48,278 nucleotides of DNA from the NCBI GenBank assembly GCA_045644865.1, contig JAZRHS010000004.1:1-48278 (forward strand), written 5' to 3'. The translations under genes and the position numbers were made by a program. Within the stretch, counting starts at the first letter, position 1. The number at the start of each line of letters is the position of its first letter. The notes under the pieces were generated by a model that made no database searches, had not been told where the DNA came from, and saw only the letters and a list, made by a program, of their open reading frames with translations. This document shows, in pieces, positions 20,724-27,089 of the stretch. This stretch comes from Eubacteriales bacterium. Its GTDB lineage: Bacteria; Bacillota; Clostridia; Oscillospirales; CAG-272.

Positions 20724-20752
20724 TTGACTTTTTGGCGATTTTATGATATATA
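20724..20752 (+). promoter_or_regulatory. SigA-type promoter of the 20.8-kb membrane-protein gene
   Basis: TTGACT (20724-20729), 17 nt, TGaTATATA. Two TGAAAAAT repeats lie upstream. Confidence 0.5.
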
Positions 20753-20788
20753 GTATAATGTAGTGTTATGTGCTTGGAGGAAAACATC

Positions 20789-21325
20789 GTGAAAAATAAA
20801 GATATGCTTGTAAACGCCATTATAAGCGGATTGTTTATTACTCTTTCCTGCTTTTTTGCCCGTGTTTTTTCACAAATGGCAGTAAGGCTTGTTGACCTGT
20901 TCGTTGCTCTTGATTTTATTGCGGCAGCGGGCATAAGGGCGGTAACTCTTACCTTGTTTGCGGCGTTTTTTATTGTGTTTATTTCCTTCAAATACGGCTA
21001 TCATATGGCGGTTTTTGACAAGAAGGAGGCTACCCTTGGCGCATCTCTTGGCGCGGCGGCGCATTTCCTGCTTGGCGCTGTAACGCTTTTTTCTCACTGG
21101 CTTTCAGGCGGAACAAAGCATATAAGCGGATTTATAGCCTTTGGCAACAGATATACGAGTAACGAGTATATTAAGGATATACCCTTTGTAACACTTGCTC
21201 TTGTTGGTGTTGTTACCGCCGCTCTTTTTGCGGGGCTGGTGGTTCTCGGTACATATCTGGGCGTTAAAAAAAGACTTTGCGACCGCGCGGAGCTCACAGG
21301 AAAATCTGACGGGCAAGCGAAATAA
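20789..21325 (+). CDS. Hypothetical polytopic membrane protein
   Basis: Four or five hydrophobic segments and no recognisable family. The GTG at 20789 lies 7-8 nt after GGAGGA. The track start ATG 20768 has no SD. Confidence 0.55.
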   Translation: MKNKDMLVNAIISGLFITLSCFFARVFSQMAVRLVDLFVALDFIAAAGIRAVTLTLFAAFFIVFISFKYGYHMAVFDKKEATLGASLGAAAHFLLGAVTLFSHWLSGGTKHISGFIAFGNRYTSNEYIKDIPFVTLALVGVVTAALFAGLVVLGTYLGVKKRLCDRAELTGKSDGQAK

Positions 21326-21375
21326 TCGCGTTCTGCGGGGCAATAATTATAAAAAGCGAAAAAGGAGAATTGGTT

Positions 21376-22068
21376 ATGACATATGTAATGTCTGATATAC
21401 ACGGTAACTATTACGCATTTAAGAAAATGCTTGAACAGATAAATTTCTCTGATAAGGATCTGCTTTATATTGCGGGCGACCTTGTTGACTATGGAGAAGA
21501 AGGAATGGAGCTTATTTGCGATATAAGTATGCGCGAAAATGTGTACTCTATCGTTGGCGATCACGATTTTGAGGCGCTTAAGATGCTTTCGGGCTTTGAG
21601 AAAATGTTAAAGAGCGGAGAAGCTCCCACTCCCGAATACGCCAAGGCGATGAATGACTGGGTGCACGATGGCGGTTCTACCACCCTTGACGGCTTCAGAA
21701 AGCTTGACGAGGATATGAAGGAGGGCGTGCTTGATTACCTTTCTGATATGGCTCTTTTTGAGGAAATAACCGTAAATAACCGCGACTATGTTATAGTCCA
21801 CGCGGGCATCAGAAATTTCAGCCCCGACCTTGACCTTGAGGCACTTTCCCCCGAGGATTTTATATATGAGGGACTTGACCCCGATGCCGATTACTACGAC
21901 GATAAGATGATAATTGCGGGGCATATCCATACAAGCGAGCTTCCCGATGCCGACAAGGATATGATATACTACGGCAACGGCGCGATATTCCTTGATTGCG
22001 GCTCGGCTGAAAACGGAATACTTGGCTGTCTTTGCCTTGATAACGGTAAGGAGTATTATGTTAAATAA
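21376..22068 (+). CDS. Calcineurin-like metallophosphoesterase (PPP/ApaH-PrpE-like)
   Basis: SDIHGN ... GDLVDYG ... GDHDF ... motif series. The ATG at 21376 sits behind AAGGAG. Confidence 0.85.
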   Translation: MTYVMSDIHGNYYAFKKMLEQINFSDKDLLYIAGDLVDYGEEGMELICDISMRENVYSIVGDHDFEALKMLSGFEKMLKSGEAPTPEYAKAMNDWVHDGGSTTLDGFRKLDEDMKEGVLDYLSDMALFEEITVNNRDYVIVHAGIRNFSPDLDLEALSPEDFIYEGLDPDADYYDDKMIIAGHIHTSELPDADKDMIYYGNGAIFLDCGSAENGILGCLCLDNGKEYYVK

Positions 22069-23428
22069 GAATGATACGGTAGCCCTTGAAATAACCGATG
22101 TAAACAATCTGGGCTGCGGCGTGGGCAGAGCCGACGGAATGGTGGTCTTTGTCAAGGGCGCGGTCAGCGGCGACAGAGTTGTGGCAAGGATAATCAAGGT
22201 CAACAAAAGCTTTGCGGTGGGCAAGCTTGAGGAGATAACAGAGGCGTCAGAGCAGAGAATAGAGGGCGAGTTTTGCGCCGCCCCCAACGCTTGCGGCGGA
22301 TGCGTGTACAGACACATAAAATATCCCCACGAGCTTGAAATGAAGAAAAAATATGTGCAGAACGCCTTCAGGAAGGCGGGGCTGCCCGAAGTTATGGTAG
22401 ATGATGTAATGAGCACAGGGGAGATGTCCTGTTATCGAAACAAGGCGCAGTATCCCTTCTCAAAATCGGGTGGCAAAACCTGTGTTGGATTTTACGCAAA
22501 TAAGACTCATAAGGTTATTCCCTGTAATGTGTGCGCCCTTCAGCCACAGGTTTTTTCGGATATTTGCGACTTTGTCTGCGATTTTGCCGATGAGAATAAG
22601 TGGAGCGTCTATGATGAGGAAAAGGGAATGGGGCTTTTGCGCCACCTTTATATCAGACAGGGCAAAAGCACAGGCGAGGTAATGGTCTGTGTTGTGATAA
22701 ACGGCGACTTCCTTACAAAGGAGCAGGAATTTGCCGCGGCGCTTTGTCAGCAATTCCCAAGCGTTAAGAGCGTGCTTGTAAATATCAATAAGAAGAATAC
22801 CAATGTGGTTCTTGGTAAAAAATACCGCACGGTAAGGGGCAGGGATTACATAGAAGATGTACTTCTTGGTAAGCGCTTCCGAATTTCTGCAGGAGCGTTT
22901 TATCAGGTAAATCACGACGGCGCGGAGCTGCTTTATTCCATAGCAAAGCAAAAGGCAGAGGAAATGGGAGAGATAAAGACTCTGCTTGACCTTTATTGCG
23001 GTATAGGTACTATCGGAATTTCAATAGGCGACAACGCAGGTCGCACGGTTGGTATAGAGATAGTTGACGAGGCAATCGCCTGCGCCAAGGAGAACGCGGC
23101 GCTCAACGGCGTAAAGCACGCGCAGTTCTACTGCGGAGATGCAGGAAATGCCGAAAGCTTATTTGATAACGCCGAGCGAGAGGGCGGAATAATAGCAAAC
23201 GCCACCGTGGTGGTAGACCCGCCTCGCAAGGGACTTGACAGTGAGCTTATAAATTACCTTTCAAAAAGGGAGATGGACAGAATAGTCTATGTTTCCTGCG
23301 ACCCCGATACTTTAGCTCGCGACTGTGCTGTTTTTAAGGAGCTTGGCTATACTATCGGACGCGTAACTCCCGTGGATATGTTCCCAAGAACCGGACATGT
23401 GGAGTCGGTTGTATCAATAAAAAAATAA
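22058..23428 (+). CDS. rlmD: 23S rRNA (uracil-C5)-methyltransferase, RumA/RlmD family
   Basis: N-terminal TRAM domain, a Cys cluster (CAAPNACGGCVYRH), a SAM-MTase fold and a C-terminal catalytic Cys (YVSCDP). The ATG at 22058 sits behind AAGGAG and overlaps the upstream stop. Confidence 0.9.
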   Translation: MLNKNDTVALEITDVNNLGCGVGRADGMVVFVKGAVSGDRVVARIIKVNKSFAVGKLEEITEASEQRIEGEFCAAPNACGGCVYRHIKYPHELEMKKKYVQNAFRKAGLPEVMVDDVMSTGEMSCYRNKAQYPFSKSGGKTCVGFYANKTHKVIPCNVCALQPQVFSDICDFVCDFADENKWSVYDEEKGMGLLRHLYIRQGKSTGEVMVCVVINGDFLTKEQEFAAALCQQFPSVKSVLVNINKKNTNVVLGKKYRTVRGRDYIEDVLLGKRFRISAGAFYQVNHDGAELLYSIAKQKAEEMGEIKTLLDLYCGIGTIGISIGDNAGRTVGIEIVDEAIACAKENAALNGVKHAQFYCGDAGNAESLFDNAEREGGIIANATVVVDPPRKGLDSELINYLSKREMDRIVYVSCDPDTLARDCAVFKELGYTIGRVTPVDMFPRTGHVESVVSIKK

Positions 23429-23440
23429 AGGAGAACCAAA

Positions 23441-24400
23441 ATGTACAGAATAGGTGTTGACCTTGGCGGCACGAATATTGCCGTAGGTCTTGTTGATGAA
23501 AATCTCAAAATAGTTTACAAAAAGAGTATTCCCACAGGTGCAGAACGCAAAGCCGAGCTTATTGTGGACGATATGGCGGCTCTTTGCCTTGATGTTTGCA
23601 AGGAAGCGGGGATTGATATTGGCGATGTGGTTTCGGTAGGCGTTGCTACTCCGGGTATTGCGAATCACGATACAGGCGTGGTTGAGTACACCAATAATCT
23701 TCATTTTAAGAAGTTCCCCATAGGCGGTCTTCTCTCGGAGAAATTGGGCGGCAAAAAGGTGTTTATTGAAAATGACGCTAACGCCGCTGCTTGGGGCGAG
23801 GCTGTGGCAGGTGCAGCAAAGGGAAGTAAAAGCTCGGTTATGATTACTCTCGGCACAGGTGTTGGCGGCGGTATTGTAAATAACGGAAAAATACTTCATA
23901 GCTTTAACTGCGCAGGCGGAGAGCTTGGCCATATAGTTATCGAGCATAACGGCCGTCCCTGCTCCTGCGGCCGCAGAGGCTGTTGGGAGGCGTATTCATC
24001 GGCTACCGCGCTTATAAATATGACAAATGAAAAAATCGAGGAGTGCGCGGCGCAGGGAAGAAGCACGCTTATGAGCGAGGCGGTGAAGGGAAACGGCAGA
24101 GTTTCGGGCAGAACCGCGTTTGACGCTATGAGAGCGGGCGACGAGGCGGGCAAAGAGGTGGTTGATACATATCTTTCCTATCTTATAACAGGTCTTGTAA
24201 ATGTTGTTAACATCTTTCAGCCTGAGGTAGTTTCTATCGGCGGCGGAGTATCAAACGAGGGGCAGTGGATAATTGACAGAATGTACCCCGAGATTCACAA
24301 GCAGCAGTATGGCAGCGGTATTGTTGAAGAAACAAAGATACGAATAGCGGAGCTTAAGAACGACGCGGGTATTATCGGAGCGGCAGTTCTTGGTATGTAA
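23441..24400 (+). CDS. glcK: ROK-family glucokinase
   Basis: MYRIGVDLGGTNIAVG..., ROK signature and zinc motif GHIVIEHNGRPCSCGRRGCWE. Confidence 0.9.
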   Translation: MYRIGVDLGGTNIAVGLVDENLKIVYKKSIPTGAERKAELIVDDMAALCLDVCKEAGIDIGDVVSVGVATPGIANHDTGVVEYTNNLHFKKFPIGGLLSEKLGGKKVFIENDANAAAWGEAVAGAAKGSKSSVMITLGTGVGGGIVNNGKILHSFNCAGGELGHIVIEHNGRPCSCGRRGCWEAYSSATALINMTNEKIEECAAQGRSTLMSEAVKGNGRVSGRTAFDAMRAGDEAGKEVVDTYLSYLITGLVNVVNIFQPEVVSIGGGVSNEGQWIIDRMYPEIHKQQYGSGIVEETKIRIAELKNDAGIIGAAVLGM

Positions 24401-24404
24401 CAAT

Positions 24405-24440
24405 AAAAGAGGAGAGGTCTTAAAAGGCCTCTCCTCTTTT
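24405..24440 (+). terminator. Intrinsic terminator of the glucokinase unit
   Basis: AAAAGAGGAGAGG ... CCTCTCCTCTTTT: a 13-bp stem that runs into its own T-run. Confidence 0.85.
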
Positions 24441-24444
24441 GAGC

Positions 24445-24472
24445 AAGAAAAAAGAAGTGCTGCAGCACTTCT
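24445..24472 (-). terminator. Intrinsic terminator of the 53-aa peptide gene
   Basis: Palindrome AGAAGTGCTGCAGCACTTCT (24453-24472), followed on the minus strand by TTTTTCTT. Confidence 0.8.
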
Positions 24473-24491
24473 CTTTTCTGTAAATTTCTTA

Positions 24492-24653
24492 TTACTTATC
24501 GCTATTGATAAGCTGATCCCAAGTGATGGACATAATGCCCTTGGTGTTCCAGCCAGACCAGTTGCTTACGGTCATAACGCCGCTTGCAGTGATTATATCG
24601 TTAGCTTCGAAATTTACTTTAATTGCCTTAGGGGAAACATATGTCTTGTTCAT
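24492..24653 (-). CDS. Small Trp-rich peptide, 53 aa, unknown function
   Basis: The ATG at 24653 lies 9 nt after a perfect AGGAGG. The gene has its own promoter and terminator. The track ORF (to 24707) adds 18 aa with no SD. Confidence 0.6.
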   Translation of the reverse strand: MNKTYVSPKAIKVNFEANDIITASGVMTVSNWSGWNTKGIMSITWDQLINSDK

Positions 24654-24697
24654 GCTATATTGCCTCCTATTTGGATTTAAAATAAATTTACATACAT

Positions 24698-24726
24698 ATG
24701 ATAACACACTTTTGTGCTGTTGTCAA
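24698..24726 (-). promoter_or_regulatory. Near-consensus SigA promoter of the peptide gene
   Basis: On the minus strand: TTGACA (24726-24721), 17 nt, TGtTATCAT (-10 at 24703-24698). Confidence 0.7.
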
Positions 24727-24733
24727 TAGTTTT

Positions 24734-24761
24734 TTGAAAAAACTTGAAAAAATTTTGAAAA
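24734..24761 (-). repeat. Three helically phased TTGAAAA units (UP-element-like A/T tracts)
   Basis: TTGAAAA at 24734, 24744 and 24755 (spacing 10 and 11 bp), directly upstream of the peptide promoter -35. Confidence 0.6.
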
Positions 24762-24763
24762 TT

Positions 24764-25753
24764 TTAATCTATGTCGGGAATTACCGTTTCGGGGGGGATC
24801 TCCAGCACCTCGGGATGCTCGATATATTTTCTCATAAGCTTGAATGCTGAGGCGTAATAGAAGCCGTCGCAAATTCGCTCGTCGGTTACTACCTTTATAT
24901 CTATATATCTCTTCTTTGTGATGTTCCCGTCCTTGTCAACGCTAACAGCGCTTCGCTTTGCGCCGTAGGCTACAAATATAGGAAGATTTCCGAAATCATA
25001 GATGTGATGATATATAGGCTTTATTCCGAGAGACCCCATACTGGTTATTATCATAGAGCCGTGGAAGGGGCTGAGCTCAACAATTTTCTTGGGCAGCCAG
25101 CCAAAGTAGTCAAGGAAGAATAAAAGCTTTACCGTCCAGCGGAGAAGCAGACCGGGGATAAGAAGCAAAAGCCTGTTGAGCTTGTCAAGCGAGTTGACCT
25201 CACCCTCGGTGTTGTTTGCCTGAACCATATCGTTGAACTTTTTGTAGATATCGTCAACTGTATCGGTGGGGGAGAAGCGCACCTTGATGCAGGTGTCGTC
25301 AGCCTCAAGAGTCATATTTCTTTTTATTGTCATTACAACGATTATCTCGTCATCTCTTGAATAGAGCTTCTGACCGCTTATAAAGCGGTTAAGTCCGGGC
25401 CGCTGTGAAATGGTTCTGACATACGCGGCAAGAAATACGTGAAGGAAACCAAAGTTGGTGTATCCTTCTTTGACCTTTTTGCGGCAGAATTTATCTATTT
25501 CCGTAACATCAAAGCTATCTGCGTATGTATTGCAGGCATCGCTTCTTCTCGCCATAATATAGGGGGTGAATTTGAGCATAGGGCTTGATGTTCTTACCCT
25601 TCGTCCGTCGATACGGTCGCCTCTTATTCTCCTTCTTTTGCGAGGAGCTTTGCTTGCTTTTTCTATATTATCGCTTGCAGGTGTGCTTGCTTTAGCAGCT
25701 GTGTAATTCTGTTCTTCAATCACCTGATCGGTTTTTATTTTGCAGTCGTTCAT
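24764..25753 (-). CDS. Stand-alone 2-oxoacid dehydrogenase E2 / CAT-fold acyltransferase catalytic-domain protein
   Basis: C-terminal DERICDGFYYASAFKLMRKYIEHPEVL aligns to the DHRxxDG / HHAVCDGFH active-site block, and GSMIITSMGSLG aligns to GGTFTISNLG. There is no lipoyl or subunit-binding domain. The ATG at 25753 sits behind AAGGAG. Confidence 0.8.
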   Translation of the reverse strand: MNDCKIKTDQVIEEQNYTAAKASTPASDNIEKASKAPRKRRRIRGDRIDGRRVRTSSPMLKFTPYIMARRSDACNTYADSFDVTEIDKFCRKKVKEGYTNFGFLHVFLAAYVRTISQRPGLNRFISGQKLYSRDDEIIVVMTIKRNMTLEADDTCIKVRFSPTDTVDDIYKKFNDMVQANNTEGEVNSLDKLNRLLLLIPGLLLRWTVKLLFFLDYFGWLPKKIVELSPFHGSMIITSMGSLGIKPIYHHIYDFGNLPIFVAYGAKRSAVSVDKDGNITKKRYIDIKVVTDERICDGFYYASAFKLMRKYIEHPEVLEIPPETVIPDID

Positions 25754-25810
25754 TAAAATCTCCTTAAATTGTAAAGTCATTTGCCAATCGGAAAAGTTAA
25801 CATTTATATA

Positions 25811-25839
25811 AGTATATCACAAATTTGTTGAAAAATCAA
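25811..25839 (-). promoter_or_regulatory. Candidate SigA promoter of the acyltransferase gene
   Basis: On the minus strand: TTGATT, 17 nt, TGaTATACT. The -35 is embedded in the palindrome TGTTGA-N4-TCAACA. Confidence 0.5.
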
Positions 25840-25934
25840 CAGATAGCCCGAAATTTCTCTTTGTAATAGGCTTGTCAATTTGTACAAACATTTTAGTTTG
25901 GGTTTATATATTTGGACGAAAATGTAAAAACATA

Positions 25935-25963
25935 TTGACAAAAGGCACTAAATGTGGTAAAAT
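25935..25963 (+). promoter_or_regulatory. SigA-type promoter of the CBM9-like gene
   Basis: TTGACA (25935-25940), 17 nt, TGgTAAAAT (-10 at 25958-25963). Confidence 0.65.
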
Positions 25964-26072
25964 ACCGATGTATATAAGTGGGCTTAAAACAGGCTGATTT
26001 CGCCTTATAAGACCTACAAAAACAAACACATCGGACACGGTGTTCGATGAAAACAGATAAGGAGAACACATT

Positions 26073-26957
26073 ATGAAAAAGTTTTTAAGCTTGGTTCTTG
26101 TTGTAATGATGGTTGCTGCTATCTTTGCTCTTTCCGCAAGTGCAATGGTTGGCGACGGATATCACAATTACGGCAAGATCGCAAATGTTGACAGAAAGAC
26201 CATCAGACTTGATGCTGTTAAGGAAGATGTTTACAACAAGGCTACTCCTATTCCGATAAAGTATCCGGCAACTAACGCTGCAGGTGAGCCCAACTATGCT
26301 GAGCGTGATAATAAAGAAGATCCTGTTGCAAGCGGTACAGCTTATTTTGTATATGACGGTACATATATCTGGGCTTATGTTGAGGTTATTGACCCTACAC
26401 TTGCTACAGCGGCTGACACACCTCTTACATCTAAATATACTGAAGACACAGTTGAGATTATGGTTGACTGGGAAAATGCAGGCGTTAACATTGATGATGT
26501 TGCTCCTTCGCAGTCCCGTATATCTCACGAGGGCTACATTTCCGCAAGACTTGGTCAGAATGGTAAGACAATGCAGGGAACAGCAGAGCAGGGCTCTACA
26601 AACCCCGTAAACTGGCTTAACGGTACTGCAAAGCAGACATTTAATGCAGACGGTACTCTTAAGGGTTATGACTGTGAGTTCAGAATTAATATTCCTGAGG
26701 ATAAGGAAATTGGCAAATACATTTCCATTGGTCTTATGATAAATGACTATGACTCCAATGGCCGTGGTCGTATAATAGTTTCTTCTGACCCTGTTACAGG
26801 CTTCTCCGAGTGGCAGGTAAATAAGCTTGGATACATTCAGTTTGATTACGCTCCTTACACAGCAGACACAACTATCATATATGTTGTAGTTGCTATGGTT
26901 GCCGCTCTTGGACTTGGCGCGGTAACACTCATTTCTCTCAGAAGAAGAGCTAAGTAA
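26073..26957 (+). CDS. Secreted, C-terminally membrane-anchored protein with a CBM9/DOMON-like sugar-binding domain
   Basis: Signal peptide MKKFLSLVLVVMMVAAIFALSASA. The block ...YFVYDGTYIWAYVEVIDPTL...DTVEIMVDWEN resembles CBM9-type domains. The C-terminus has a TM segment followed by RRRAK. Confidence 0.65.
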   Translation: MKKFLSLVLVVMMVAAIFALSASAMVGDGYHNYGKIANVDRKTIRLDAVKEDVYNKATPIPIKYPATNAAGEPNYAERDNKEDPVASGTAYFVYDGTYIWAYVEVIDPTLATAADTPLTSKYTEDTVEIMVDWENAGVNIDDVAPSQSRISHEGYISARLGQNGKTMQGTAEQGSTNPVNWLNGTAKQTFNADGTLKGYDCEFRINIPEDKEIGKYISIGLMINDYDSNGRGRIIVSSDPVTGFSEWQVNKLGYIQFDYAPYTADTTIIYVVVAMVAALGLGAVTLISLRRRAK

Positions 26958-26980
26958 TTAGTTAAAATAAATATTCATAG

Positions 26981-27024
26981 CAAGGTTGCTTTCCGAAATT
27001 GGTCGGGAAGCAATCTTGTTTTTT
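26981..27024 (+). terminator. Intrinsic terminator
   Basis: 15-bp stem CAAGGTTGCTTTCCG/CGGGAAGCAATCTTG (two G-U pairs), followed by TTTTTT. Confidence 0.85.
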
Positions 27025-27089
27025 ACCCCTTTGGATAATTTTCTGCTTTATGGGAAAAATATTTTTGATAAAGATATTTGGAGGAAATA

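Noticed and set aside
24390-24729. Plus-strand ORFs of 96 aa and 68 aa overlapping the 53-aa peptide gene.
   Set aside because: They run through two terminator hairpins and have no SD or promoter. The minus-strand peptide frame has a complete set of expression signals.
24734-24761. Short tandem repeats (TTGAAAA, TGCAA and AAAATGG arrays) considered as CRISPR or minisatellite.
   Set aside because: The units are 5-8 nt at helical spacing, with no 25-40-nt repeats or unique spacers and no cas genes. They are promoter-proximal A/T-tract or operator-like elements.
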